Of a DNA stretch of 64,000 bases, positions 20,480 through 31,851 are shown one piece after another. Under the pieces are notes generated by a model. The model ran no database searches. It worked only from the letters and a program-made list of their open reading frames with translations, and was not told where the DNA came from. How positions within the stretch are numbered: the stretch's first letter is position 1; the number at the start of each line of letters is the position of its first letter. The translations under genes and the position numbers were made by a program. This stretch comes from Candidatus Latescibacterota bacterium (GTDB lineage Bacteria > Krumholzibacteriota > Krumholzibacteriia > WVZY01), in assembly GCA_963791045.1 (NCBI GenBank), contig CAWBQK010000010.1, positions 47,839 through 111,838 on the forward strand, read 5' to 3'.

Positions 20480-23400
20480 CTACTTCAGAAGAACCATCTT
20501 CTTCGTCTGTGTGAAGTTCTTCGTCATCAGTTTGTAGAAATACACACCACTCGAGACAGGCTGGCCCTGGTCGTTCATACCGTTCCAGTCTTTGGTGAAA
20601 CCGGCTTCGGCCGGGGCGACTGCATCTCGTCGACGAGGTCCGTACCAGCTGTCCGGCAACGTTGTAAACCTTGAGCGACACATGACCACGCTCTTTAATG
20701 GTGTACTTGATCGTCGTTGTCGGGTTGAACGGGTTCGGATACGCATTGTCGAGTTTGTTCTCGAACGCGATCGGATCGATGCCGATTGGATCCGTCGAAC
20801 GATGTTCTGGAAGAAAATAATGATGTCATGCATATGCGTCACGCGATCAGGGGCGCCACCGCAGGATCCGTCGTCGCGGATAAAGTTGAGCCAAACCCGC
20901 TGAGCACGCACACGCGCGTTGGTGCCTGCAGGGTTCACCGTCGGCCTGGGCCATCACAGCGCCATTCGGGCCGTCCTGGGCACCGTAGGAGCTATCGCAT
21001 GAAACAGGCCGGGCCACCCGGTGGCGCATGACATCAAAGTCATTGATAACCGCACAGCCACCATAGGCGAACATGGTCGGCAGGACCGATCGGCGTACCC
21101 GTGTTCTGGTAAACCAGAGGCGAAACCGGCAGGTTCGTCACCGGACCAGCGTGGTTGCCAGTCGTCAGGACGTACGACATGTACGTACCCTTGAAGGCTA
21201 CCGCATCCGGATGCGCCAGGGTGGCCCACTCTTCGGCAAGGTCGTCACCGGCAAAGTAGATACCCGGGTTGTTCGGATGGAAGTCCATGAAGAACTTCAA
21301 CGCGGTCCAGTCAAGCGACTTGTCGGGGCCACTACCACCGTTGGGCGGGCTTCCGTCGCAGACGAGGCCGGCAGCTCAGGTCACTCGAGTTCCAGAGAAT
21401 CTTCTGATACCGCTCGACGAGCACTGATACCTTTGATAGCTCTTCACTCGGGAGGCCAGACTGTTCCCCACCTGTGAGGACGGTCCGATCACGTCGAAAC
21501 GATCGACGAGGTCGAGGATCCCCATGGAGTCAAACGCCCAGTCGAAGTACAGCTGAGCAGGGCCGCCACGATCGTCGGCATCATCCACGAAGAGGATGTC
21601 ACTGTCGGAGACTTCCGCATCCGGCAGAACCGACCACTCACACGCCGCGTTGTATCGCGGTGGCGAGGCTGGTGGTCGGGTCGGCGGCACCCTGGCCTTC
21701 CATCGTGTAGAGCGGATGGCCATTGTCAAGATAGCTCCACTGACCCAGTGCGTTCACGGCCCCGAGGAAGTAACGGATCACATGACCCGGCACGAAGGCA
21801 CCGGTGTTGCCCGCAATTTCTTCGTATGTTATAGTGAGGACCGGTGGCGCCGAAGCTACATCCATGAGGTCGGCACAGTAGCGATCGCTCACCGGCCGCC
21901 ACCCGAGGATGTAAAGATCGCGTCACACCGGAAGTGATTCCAGCCAGCAGGCAGTCCAGCGGGAGCGGAGGCGTTGCCAGCCGAACCACAATACGGATGA
22001 CGCTTGGTGGCGCTAACGTCGCCAACATAGCGCATGAAGTCCGGGGACTCCATCGCCGCACCGGCTTCCACCCATGTCGTTGCCATAGCGATCGACCACT
22101 TTAGCGAACACATAAACCGCGGGCCCACGGCAAACTGGGGTATCAACACCCAGTCCGCCCGGATCGGTTACTTCAAAAGCAATCGAGTCACCAGGAAGGA
22201 TCGCCGGGTTGGCCGCCGGCAGCACGTCCTGTGCCATGTCGCAACGGGCAAATCCAGTGATGGTCACTCGCCATCTTCGGGGAAGTTGTCATGGAACAGA
22301 TCAATATGACGAACATTCCACTGCGGTCCCAATGTGAATCAACACGAACAAGTCTGACCTGGTCGATCACCGGTGCATGGCTGTGACAGGCGCCTGTCCC
22401 ATACACACCGCACCAGAAGGTACACATGTCCACGGCACCGATCGATGCCTGAACATCAGTCGCGGTACCCGGAACAAGACTTCCAACTTCCCACGCCGTG
22501 CGGATCCAGTCCTTCTGCCCACCGTAGTAGACAAAGTTGAAGTTATCCCACGTCGTCGGGCAACCCGCTGCGTCCTGCGTACGAATGCTCCAGATGTAGA
22601 ACTGGAGGTTATCGAGCGGCAGGTCACGGTAGGTAAGAAGCGACAGACGATACTGGCTACCAGCTCCGGCGTTCGCCACAAATGGCGACCAGATCTCGTT
22701 GTTCATGTACAGCCCACTGGCATCCGGGCCATACGGCATCGCGCCCTGTGTCGGCCAGCCGCCACAGGCGTAATTTGTAACCGAGAGGAACGTCAAAAAA
22801 CGCCCACATGGTCGACAACGGCCGCAGACAGGGATCTTCCTGAACGACAGTCGCCGCGGAAACCAGATGTCCATAGAGGCCGTAACGGCGTGGCCGGCTC
22901 GGACTGCCAGAAACCATCCTGGGAATTCAACAGCGTAACAGGCTTCCCCTTCAAAGTCCTCGTAAATGTCGGGCCGGCGCCATAGGTTGTCGTGATGTCG
23001 TCAACTTTGAACGCGCCTTCTGTCGTCGGCCAAAGGCCGTCTTCATTACTCCAGGCTCCATCCGACTGGAAGTGGAAGCGGAGCTGCTGTTGGTTCGATC
23101 CTGTGAACGATGTGGGTCTCTGACAGGTCCACCGGTGCCATCATAGAAGCCTACACCACCGTTGACCGGAAGCGAGACCCACTCCGTCGACTATGTCCCA
23201 GTAATCCACATAGGTGAAGTCATAACCCGGCTCGGAATCCCAGATACACGTATACGTGATCGAGGGCATGAGAACCGGTTGATCAGCTGCGCCCAGTTAT
23301 TACCATAGCCTGGCAGCGTCCCCCAACCGCAGTACGGTACCGCGGAGGTACGCCCAGCTCGCCACACCACATCGACTGGGACCGTTGACAGCGCTATGCC

Positions 23401-23704
23401 GCTACATCCCGGACCATCAACATGGAAGTAAGCCGATCTGGGCGGTCATATCGGTTGCGGTCCAACCCTGAAATCAGGTGCGCCGACGCCGCTGTCAAAC
23501 TGCCACCAACCCAACACGGTGGTTCCGGCAGCGGCGGCCTGGAACATTGATCCACCGATTTCCGAAGGGTTCGAAACCGCTTGCGGAAGCTCGGTGAAAT
23601 TATAATCAGCATATTTACCCTGCGTGTCCTTCGCGAACGAAGCCGCCGAAAGGAGGCTAACCGCGAAAACGGTACACAAAAGTTACTAGAAACGCTTTCC
23701 TCAT
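20480..23704 (-). pseudogene. Large secreted FlgD-Ig/CTD protein (~1070 codons) broken by many frameshifts (pseudogene or sequence error)
   Basis: ATG 23704 with signal peptide MRKAFLVT/CTVFAVSLLSAASFA; collinear fragments in alternating frames; C-terminal LKVYNVAGQLVRT / WNGMNDQGQPVSSGVYFYKL...TKKMVLLK*. Confidence 0.8.
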
Positions 23705-24055
23705 CGTATCATTCCCCCATCGTTGCTGAGAAGGATTTGAATACGCGAAAACCAAAGCCAATTTATAACTTCCTCAGGCTGCAGGAAGTAAGCTGGACAA
23801 GAGGCAAAGTGCTACGAACGCTTCCTGAATAGTGTTCGTCAACACGTCCTGAAACTACGGGGTCACCTCCTCGTCTCGGCGTCTCAGGATAAGCCCAGTG
23901 GTAACCGTCGGGTTTACACTAACTTTGTCGAGTAAAAGGCACACACCAACGGTGGTCGGCTAGTTGTGCACGCAATTGAGCATGCGGATCCAACTATCAG
24001 GAGGATTTGCGGCCGGTGCCGCAAACCATAACCCTTTGCCCCTAGGCCAGCGCAA

Positions 24056-24085
24056 ATTGTACCATAGAAATGGGGTAAATGTCAA
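24056..24085 (-). promoter_or_regulatory. Near-consensus sigma70 promoter ~350 nt upstream of the 23704 start
   Basis: TTGACA-18nt-TACAAT with extended -10 TG. Confidence 0.7.
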
Positions 24086-24115
24086 GGTGTGAAAACGGTT
24101 CCCGGCGGTCTATAG

Positions 24116-26289
24116 TTACTTGGAAGGGCTGGTCATTTCTTCAACAATGAAGGAAAAATCTGCATATCTCGAAAACAAGATAAAAACCGCCGCCAGAAAC
24201 GCGTGCCGGCTTTCCCGCAGCCGTTTGTCGTCGCAGTTGACGAGGACCTTGTCGAAATAGGCATCGATCGTCGGTCCCAACTCGGATAACACCGCTAAAA
24301 CAGAGGAGATATCATCCGCGGCGTCGAATTTGGCCATCCGCGGGACCACACGTCGGATTTCCTCGAAAAGGGCGGTCTCGGCGTCCTCCTCGAAGCGGTC
24401 TGCGTCGATCACGGCGCCGCCGGGGAGCGAACCGCCGCCCACCCAGGCGTTCTCGAGCGCGTCCCATTTGACGCCATAGGCCTTCATATCCTTGCCCAAA
24501 ATGTTCCCCACCCGCTTTGCGCCGGTTATCAATAGCTCGAAGGCTTTGTCGCCGCGGAGCTTCTGGACGGCCCTGGCCCTGTCGAGCGCGATTCCCGGGG
24601 TCGACCACGCAACGGCGCCCACGGCGCCCACCACATCATAGGCAATCCCGTTGTCCTTGAGGAACGTCTCCGTCCGAACCCGGAAAAAGTCGATCAGCTG
24701 GGCGAGAACTTCGTCGCGGGCCTTGTCCTTACCAAGCCCCAATTCCTCGTAGGCCTCGAGCGATTTCTCGACAAGCGGATAGATCGACACCGACGGCATG
24801 TTTCTCAAAATTCGGACCAGACCCGTCGCCTGGCGCCTGAGCGCGTAGGGGTCCTGGGAACCCGAGGGAATCAACCCCGCCAGGAAACACCCGGCGATAG
24901 TATCGACACGGTCGGAAATACTCAGTATCGCACCGAGACGCGTTTTGGGAAGGTCATCCCCGGGCGTCCGCGGCATATACTGCTCGCTGATCGCGGTCAC
25001 GACATCGTTGTCCTGCCCCGCTTCCCTCGCGTAATGGCTTCCGATGAGGCCTTCGAGCTGAGTGAATTCCTTGCCGTCCTTCACCATCTCGCTCGCAATA
25101 TCGGCCTTGGCGAAACGCGACGCACGGCGAATCTGATCCTCGGCTACACGCTTGTCAGGCGGCGCCATATCGTTTATCGCGCGTCCAAGCGCCGTCACCC
25201 GTTCGGCCTTGTCGGACAATGTGCCCAACCCCTCGATAAACACGATCGACGAAAGTTTTTTCGAAAGCCCGTCGATCCCCGTCTTGAGATCCTCCTGCCA
25301 GTAGAAGAGAGCGTCTTCGAGCCGTGCCCGCAGCACCTTTTCGTTGCCCTCGCGGACGAGCGAGGGCGAGCCCGCCTTACGCTCGGTGAACGTGAGGAAT
25401 TTCGGAACGAGCTTATTGGAGCCCGATCTGAATGCGAGGTAACGCTGGTGCGCTTTCATCGCCGTCGTCACCACTTCGGGCGGAAGCTTGAGGTACGCCT
25501 TATCGAAATCACCAACAAGCGGGTCAGGCGATTCGAGCATAAAGGTAAGTTCGTCGAGGAGCGAAGCGTCTTCGATGATCTCCATACCGAGCGTCTTCGC
25601 CGTCTTCGCCGCAAGCGCCTGGATCTTGTCGCGCCGCTCGGCATGATCGACAATAAGACCGGCGCCGGCGAGCGCGGCAAAGTAATCGTCGGGACCGTTA
25701 ACTTTGTACTTGTCGTTTCCCAGCCAGGGGATAAACCGCGTCACACTGCCCGTCTTTACGCCGGCGATCTCGAAACGGATCACTTTGCCGCCGTAGAGAC
25801 AAACCATCCAGCGAATCGGGCGCGCGAACCGCGTCCCCGACGCTTCCCACTTCATGAGTTTCGGGAAACGCAACCCCGTGATCAACCGGGGAGGAGTTCC
25901 TTGAGTATCCCCGCGGTCTTTTCTGATTTCAACTTCCTTGTAAACCCGACATATTCGCCGCGGTCGGTCTGAATGCGCTCCAGCTTGTCGACGGCCACTC
26001 CCTGCGAGCGGGAGAAACCGAGCGCCGTTTTTGTAGGCTCGCCGTTCTCATCGTACGCCTTGGATGTGGGCGGCCCGGTGACGAGTTCGGTCGAGCTTGT
26101 CTGCGATCCGGCAAGCCCGCGGACTACGAGAACGAGACGCCGCGGAGCGCCGGTGACATAGATGCTCTCGAACGGAAGCCGCAGTTCGTCAAGCTTCGCC
26201 CCGGTGTCTTTTCCAAGTTGTTCAAACGCCTGGCGGATCGACGCCGGCGGAAGGTTTTCACAACCGATTTCCAGAAGCAGGTCTTTCAT
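24116..26289 (-). CDS. glyS: Glycine--tRNA ligase beta subunit (split by a 1-nt frameshift at ~25885)
   Basis: [18 protein letters not shown] then FPKLMKW...[31 protein letters not shown]; follows glyQ. Confidence 0.93.
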
Positions 26290-27194
26290 GCGTTGTCGGC
26301 TCCTCGAAGCAATGGGAATCCCAGCGCTTCTCGCTTTTCGATGTAGTTGATAGCTATTTTTCTGGCAAGCCCGCGGATGCGCCCTATGTAACCGGTTCTC
26401 TCCGTAACGCTGATCGCTCCGCGCGCATCGAGCACGTTGAAGATGTGCGATAGTTTTATCACGTAGTCGTACGCGGGAAGAACCAGGCCCGCATCGAGCA
26501 TTGCCGCCGCCTCTTTCTCGTAGTCCTGGTACAAGCGGAAATAGAGCTCGGTGTTCGCCGCTTCGAAATGGAACGCCGAAAACTCCTGTTCCGCCTGGAG
26601 GTTGATTTCACCCCAGCTCACACCGTGGCCCCACTCGATATCCATCACCGAGTCGACCTTCTGCAGGTAGAGACAGATGCGGAGTAGACCGTAGGTGATC
26701 TCCGCCGAAATCGGGTCGAGTTCGAGCGAACCGGCCTGCTGAAAATAAGTGAATTGCGTGATCTCCATCCCGTCGAGCCACACTTCCCAGCCGAGGCCGG
26801 ACGCGCCGAGTGTCGGCGCTTCCCAGTCGTCCTCGACGAGACGAATGTCGTGTTGTTTGGAATCGATCCCGATGTGTTCGAGGCTCTTGATGTACAAATC
26901 AATGATGTCCGCGGGAGGCGGTTTGAGAATTACCTGGTACTGCAAGAACTGTTGAACGCGGTTCGGATTGTCTCCGTAGCGGCCGTCCTTGGGCCGCTTC
27001 GACGGCTCGACGTACGCGGTTCGCCACGGTTCCGGCCCGAGCACGCGCAAAAACGTCTGCGGGTTGAGCGTGCCGGCGCCCACCTCGGAGTTGTAGGGCT
27101 GGAGCGTCACGCACCCTTGCTTCATCCAGAATTCCTGGAGCTTGTGGATAATCTCCTGATAAGTCGGTACTTTTTTGGTTTTTTTTGAAGCCAA
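26286..27194 (-). CDS. glyQ: Glycine--tRNA ligase alpha subunit
   Basis: [56 protein letters not shown]; start uncertain (TTG 27194). Confidence 0.97.
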   Translation of the reverse strand: MASKKTKKVPTYQEIIHKLQEFWMKQGCVTLQPYNSEVGAGTLNPQTFLRVLGPEPWRTAYVEPSKRPKDGRYGDNPNRVQQFLQYQVILKPPPADIIDLYIKSLEHIGIDSKQHDIRLVEDDWEAPTLGASGLGWEVWLDGMEITQFTYFQQAGSLELDPISAEITYGLLRICLYLQKVDSVMDIEWGHGVSWGEINLQAEQEFSAFHFEAANTELYFRLYQDYEKEAAAMLDAGLVLPAYDYVIKLSHIFNVLDARGAISVTERTGYIGRIRGLARKIAINYIEKREALGFPLLRGADNA

Positions 27195-27261
27195 CGGAAG
27201 CGCCACTCCTTTTAGATGTCGGACGGTCGGCTCTTGCAACCGCCGTTCGTCCCTTTTCCTT

Positions 27262-28002
27262 TTATTCTCTTGGAATCAGCTTGAGCGATTCGGGCAGGCG
27301 ATAATTATTTACGTGGAAAGTATACGTCCAATGGATGACGGCGCCCAAGCCTTTTCTTGTGTCGGGCGACACGATCGAACCCGCGGCCGCGGCGAGCGGG
27401 TCGTCGTCGAGCGATTCGACGAGTGAAATCAACTCCCCCGTAAGTTTGATCCGCTGCGGCTCCGGCTGCGTGTGGGCGGGGCAGGCGCAAAGACCTTCAT
27501 CGGGATGGTAGAACCCGCCGTCGAGCTTTGCCCCGCAAGCGGCGCAACCGCCAAAATCCGGTGACGCGCCGAGCACGGTGAGGAGCTTCCACTCGAAGGC
27601 GAGAAAAAAGAAAACCGGGTCGATGACGTCGGAGGTTTCCAGGTACTCGAAGACAAGATCGACGATACGGGATTCGGGGCTCTCCCAAAAACACACCCGG
27701 TCGAGAAGTTCGAGAACTGCGAGCGCCGTCGCCATGCGCGAGAGCGATTCGCGGCCCGACTCGAGAAGCGACCGCACGTTGACCTCTTTTAGAAAATAGA
27801 GGGTCCGGCCTTCCCTTCGGTAGTAGACCACTTCGAGGCGTCCGCCCGTTTCGAGCGCCCCTCTGAAGGGGCTCTTCGGCCCCATCGCCCCTTTGGCGAG
27901 AAGCCGGACCTTGCCCGACTCGCGGCCGAGAAACGTGACGAAACGGCTCGTTTCACCCGAGCGTGTGGTCTTGAGAACGACACCTTCGTCTTTTTGCAGC
28001 AT
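27262..28002 (-). CDS. recO: DNA repair protein RecO
   Basis: EGVVLK....GETSR..TFL.RESGKV..LAKGA; CAACG...C zinc motif; recO-glyQS synteny. Confidence 0.9.
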   Translation of the reverse strand: MLQKDEGVVLKTTRSGETSRFVTFLGRESGKVRLLAKGAMGPKSPFRGALETGGRLEVVYYRREGRTLYFLKEVNVRSLLESGRESLSRMATALAVLELLDRVCFWESPESRIVDLVFEYLETSDVIDPVFFFLAFEWKLLTVLGASPDFGGCAACGAKLDGGFYHPDEGLCACPAHTQPEPQRIKLTGELISLVESLDDDPLAAAAGSIVSPDTRKGLGAVIHWTYTFHVNNYRLPESLKLIPRE

Positions 28003-28011
28003 GTGATTCTG

Positions 28012-29367
28012 TTAAGCGCCGAGGAACGCCACGTAGAAGGTGGCAAACGTCATGTAAATGATAAGACCGATGATGTCCGAGGTCACCGTTATGAACGGGC
28101 CGGTGGCGATCGCAGGGTCGATCTTCACCCGGTTCATGACCAGGGGGATGAACGCCCCGAGAAAAGCGGAGACGACCGTGACGGAGAGAAGGGTACAGAC
28201 AAGAAGAATTCCAAGACTCACGTCCCGCTGCCAGAAGAAAACGATTCCAAAAAGAAGAACGCCCAGAACGGCGCCATTAAGGACCGTCACCTGCATCTCG
28301 CGAAACACACGGCGCCAGATGGACGCGGTTGAGACCTGTCCGAGCGCGATCTCGCGAACGACGACCACCGCCGCCTGGATGCCAGTACTCCCCGCGGTAC
28401 CGATGACAAGAGGAATGAAGAACGCCAGCGTGACCAGCGTCTCCAGCGACACGGCGTAGTGACTCATGATGACGGCATTCAACACCTGGCCGAGCATCGC
28501 GATGGCAAGCCACGGGAGCCGCGCCCTCGAAATCTTGAGCGGCGACGTTTCGCCGATTTCTTCCTCGACCGTACCGACGATCCTGGCGATATCCTCCGAT
28601 GCCTCTTCTTCGACAACGTCGAGAATGTCGTCCGCCGTGATCCGGCCGACGAGCTTGCCCTCAGCGTCAACCACGGGGAGCGTGAACTCGTCGTACTTTC
28701 CAAAGAGGCTCGCGACCTCTTCCTGGTCCATTTCGACGGGGACGCTTATCACATGGTCGTCCATGATATCAGCCACGCGGGTGGCGTCATCGTGGAGGAG
28801 GAGATCGAGTACCGGCACGCTCCCGACGAGCCGGCCATCCGGCTCAACGACATACACGCTCTGGATATTCTCGATTTCATCGGCCAGCTGACGCACGAGC
28901 GCAATGGCGTCGCGCACCGTCGCGCCCACGCCCACCGCGATCTTCTCGATTTCCATGATACCACCCGCGGTATCCTCTTCGAATGTGAGAAGCTCGTGAA
29001 TCATCTCGCGGTCTTCGACCGGGAGCAACGCGTCGACCTGTTTTGATTTTTCGGGCGGGAGGTTGGCGATGATATCCGCGGCATCGTCCGACGGCATCTC
29101 TCCGAGCAGAGACACCACTTCCGAATCGGTGAGCAATTCAAGAAGCGCCTGACCCGAGTGCTCGTCGATTGCGGTCAGGACCTCAGCCGCCGTCTCGGTG
29201 CCCAGCGCCTTGAGCACGCGCGCCTGCACCTCTTTGTCGAGCCCCTCGAGAATATCTGCGATATCCGCGGGGTGGTGCGGCTCGAGCAACTCGGCAAGCG
29301 CGATCATATCGCCGCGCTCAACGAGATCGCGGACCTGTTCGGTGGTTTCTTCGTGGATGTCGCTCAT
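28012..29367 (-). CDS. mgtE: Magnesium transporter MgtE
   Basis: HPADIAD, EDTAGGIM, CBS pair, ARLPWL, DPAIATGPFITVTSD. Confidence 0.95.
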   Translation of the reverse strand: MSDIHEETTEQVRDLVERGDMIALAELLEPHHPADIADILEGLDKEVQARVLKALGTETAAEVLTAIDEHSGQALLELLTDSEVVSLLGEMPSDDAADIIANLPPEKSKQVDALLPVEDREMIHELLTFEEDTAGGIMEIEKIAVGVGATVRDAIALVRQLADEIENIQSVYVVEPDGRLVGSVPVLDLLLHDDATRVADIMDDHVISVPVEMDQEEVASLFGKYDEFTLPVVDAEGKLVGRITADDILDVVEEEASEDIARIVGTVEEEIGETSPLKISRARLPWLAIAMLGQVLNAVIMSHYAVSLETLVTLAFFIPLVIGTAGSTGIQAAVVVVREIALGQVSTASIWRRVFREMQVTVLNGAVLGVLLFGIVFFWQRDVSLGILLVCTLLSVTVVSAFLGAFIPLVMNRVKIDPAIATGPFITVTSDIIGLIIYMTFATFYVAFLGA

Positions 29368-29423
29368 AACACAGGATCGTAGAAGACGGGCGGGGATTAT
29401 ACAAGCGGTTTTGAGCGGGCCGG

Positions 29424-30035
29424 TCAACTTCCCGGCGGCGATTCACCCGTAAGGAGCGGCGGGGCGAAAGCGCCCCCCGAAATCACGATTTTCATCGCCT
29501 CTTCGACATTGATCGGGAGCGGAAAGGTCTCGCGAATCGGAATCATCAGCATGAACCCCGACGTAGGGTTGGGCGTGGTGGGGATAAACACGTTTATCAG
29601 CTCCTGCCCGACCTTCTCGCTCACGGGGCCGACCTTCTCGTTGGTGACAAACGCGATCGCGAATGAATCGTGGTGCGGGTACCTTATCAAAACAACACGC
29701 TGAAACGCCGTCTTCTTGTCGGCGAGAAACACCTCGCTGAGTTCCTTGGAGGCCGAGTAGATGCGCCGGATGATGGGGAGCCTGCGGAGCATTCTTTCTC
29801 CCACGGCAATCACACGGCGCCCGATGAGATTGCTGGCGAGAAAACCGGTGATAAGGATAAGAAGGAGCACAACCACGAAACCGATCCCCGGAACGTCGAT
29901 CAGCGGGAATTTCCTCTGGAACGGTTCGATGATGTTGTCGATGGTGATAAAGATCTTGTAGACCAGCCAGCCGGTCACCACGGTGGGGGCCAGTACGAGC
30001 AGTCCCGTCAAAAAGTAGCGTCTCAACACCTTCAC
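29424..30035 (-). CDS. DUF502 family membrane protein
   Basis: YFLTGLLV..P...T; VFIPTTPNPTSGF; EEAMKIVISGG. Confidence 0.9.
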   Translation of the reverse strand: MKVLRRYFLTGLLVLAPTVVTGWLVYKIFITIDNIIEPFQRKFPLIDVPGIGFVVVLLLILITGFLASNLIGRRVIAVGERMLRRLPIIRRIYSASKELSEVFLADKKTAFQRVVLIRYPHHDSFAIAFVTNEKVGPVSEKVGQELINVFIPTTPNPTSGFMLMIPIRETFPLPINVEEAMKIVISGGAFAPPLLTGESPPGS

Positions 30036-30060
30036 TGTTGTGCTCCAGCGTCGGGGATTA

Positions 30061-31326
30061 TCAAGTGTTCGAATCCGGATTCCGCCGGAACGAACTTAAC
30101 CCTTTGATCCGAACCTTGTCTATCCTTTGTCTCACAACCGATTCGATCCGAAACTCGAGTCCGCGCGTCTCGAAAACCTCACCGACACGCGGAACCCTCC
30201 CGATGGCTTCGTAGAGAAAACCGCCGAGCGTATCCGCGTCTCCCTCTTCCAAATCTATGCCGGCCGTCTCGTCGAGTTCATCGAGACGAATTCTCCCGCT
30301 GGACACGATTATATCCTCATCAACCACGAGGACGAGCGCCTCTTCGGAGTCGAATTCGTCTTGTATGTCGCCAACGAGTTCTTCGAGAACATCCTCGAGC
30401 GTCACCATTCCCGCCGTCCCTCCGTATTCGTCGACGGCGATGGCAATGTGGATCCGTTTCTTTCTGAACTCGGCGAGGAGGTCGTCGATCATTTTCGATT
30501 CGGGGACGAAGAACACCTCCCGCATGATATCGGAGAGCAAAAACTCCTCGTCATCGACAATTCTTTTGAGAACGTCCTTGGTGTGCACCACACCCACCAT
30601 CCGGTCGATACTATCGTCGTATACCGGTATCCTCGAGTGACCGGCGTCGACGAGAAGGTTGAGCACTTCTTCGGGATTGGTGTGAACGTTTACCGCCACC
30701 ATGTCGATCCGCGGCACCATTACTTCCCTCACCTTGGTGTCGCCGAAGTCGAACACACTCGACACGAGCTGCTGTTCGTCGATTTCTTCGTCATTGTCTT
30801 TGTAGCCGTAGAGCTCGATCCTGCGTTTGAGCGGAAGGATGGGAAAAGACATCCCGTCGAGAAGACCGGGCGCCGTCCGCTTCAAAAGCGCCACGCCGGC
30901 AAAAACCACCGGTTTCAAGATGTAGATTACCGGATAGGTAATATACTTGGTTCGCTCGATAAATCCGTCCGGGTCGCGAAGCGAGATAAGTTTCGCGGCG
31001 AGAAGCGGCACGAAAAGCGAGAGAAAAACGACAAGAAAAAGGCCGGGGGCGAACAGGTTTCCCTCGAGGAGATATACCGACGCCAACCGGCATGCGAAGA
31101 ATACCAGAAGCGTTAGCGCCAGGATACGGCCAAGCCCGAGCGAGAGATAGTGATTTACCGGTTGACCGAGGAGATGATCGATAAACCGCGGCTTGTCACC
31201 GTTCTCTTCGCCGTTCTTTTCGGTATAGCGCCAGGAGAGGATTTCTACGGCGGAGTAGGTCCCGGAGAGAATCCCGAAGACCAGACCCGAAAGTGCAAGG
31301 AGTACCAACTCGATTTCTGAACCCAT
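30061..31326 (-). CDS. Hemolysin/CorC family protein (CNNM-CBS-CorC)
   Basis: VREVMVPRIDM, GHSRIPVY, VDEYGGTAGMVTLEDVLEELVGDIQDEFD, DTLGG. Confidence 0.9.
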   Translation of the reverse strand: MGSEIELVLLALSGLVFGILSGTYSAVEILSWRYTEKNGEENGDKPRFIDHLLGQPVNHYLSLGLGRILALTLLVFFACRLASVYLLEGNLFAPGLFLVVFLSLFVPLLAAKLISLRDPDGFIERTKYITYPVIYILKPVVFAGVALLKRTAPGLLDGMSFPILPLKRRIELYGYKDNDEEIDEQQLVSSVFDFGDTKVREVMVPRIDMVAVNVHTNPEEVLNLLVDAGHSRIPVYDDSIDRMVGVVHTKDVLKRIVDDEEFLLSDIMREVFFVPESKMIDDLLAEFRKKRIHIAIAVDEYGGTAGMVTLEDVLEELVGDIQDEFDSEEALVLVVDEDIIVSSGRIRLDELDETAGIDLEEGDADTLGGFLYEAIGRVPRVGEVFETRGLEFRIESVVRQRIDKVRIKGLSSFRRNPDSNT

Positions 31327-31356
31327 CTATAAGTGGAACAACCCGAGGGCACGGGG

Positions 31357-31851
31357 TCAAAAAAGTTCCTCCACCTCCGCGGGGCTGAGATATTCAAGCA
31401 ACAGACGTTTTTCCTCCGCTTCCATCCTGTCGAAATCCGCTCCCGTTACGTGAACGTATCCGAGAACGTGGAGGAAACCATGCACGCCGATCCGGAGAAA
31501 CAAGTGTTCCGGAGCGATACCCTTTTCACGCGCTTGTGTCTGAATGGTTTCGAACGAAATATATACTTCCCCAATTATCCGTTCCAGGTCTTCCGGTGAT
31601 TCCCCGTCGTCGAGGTCGTCGATATACGAGAATGAAATCACATCGGTGGCCCGGTCTGTGTCGCGGTAATCGCGGTTGAGTTCGCGGATAAACGTGTCGT
31701 CGACGATGGTCACCTCGACCACCGCGTCCTCCGGTTGGAGAGAGGCGGCGCTCATGCCTAGCCGATCGGCGATCCGCCCATCGAGCCAGTCGATCTTAGC
31801 CGTGTTGCACCGGTCATGCCGGTTTAACGAGAGCTTCACTCTCTTTGCCAT
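31357..31851 (-). CDS. ybeY: rRNA maturation endoribonuclease YbeY
   Basis: LNRDYR..DRATDVISF; HGFLHVLGYVH; likely start 31851. Confidence 0.92.
   Translation of the reverse strand: MAKRVKLSLNRHDRCNTAKIDWLDGRIADRLGMSAASLQPEDAVVEVTIVDDTFIRELNRDYRDTDRATDVISFSYIDDLDDGESPEDLERIIGEVYISFETIQTQAREKGIAPEHLFLRIGVHGFLHVLGYVHVTGADFDRMEAEEKRLLLEYLSPAEVEELF

Noticed and set aside
20480-23704. Diversity-generating retroelement or programmed frameshifting as the cause of fragmentation
   Set aside because: No reverse transcriptase or TR/VR repeat pair is seen, the changes are indels rather than A-specific substitutions, and there are too many for recoding.
23990-24050. GGCAAA...GCAAA resembling a c-di-GMP-I riboswitch
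   Set aside because: Lacks the GAAA-tetraloop stem and the expected second stem; only a simple hairpin is supported.
24116-26289. Genuinely split glyS
   Set aside because: One added base restores a continuous normal GlyS; sequence error is more parsimonious.
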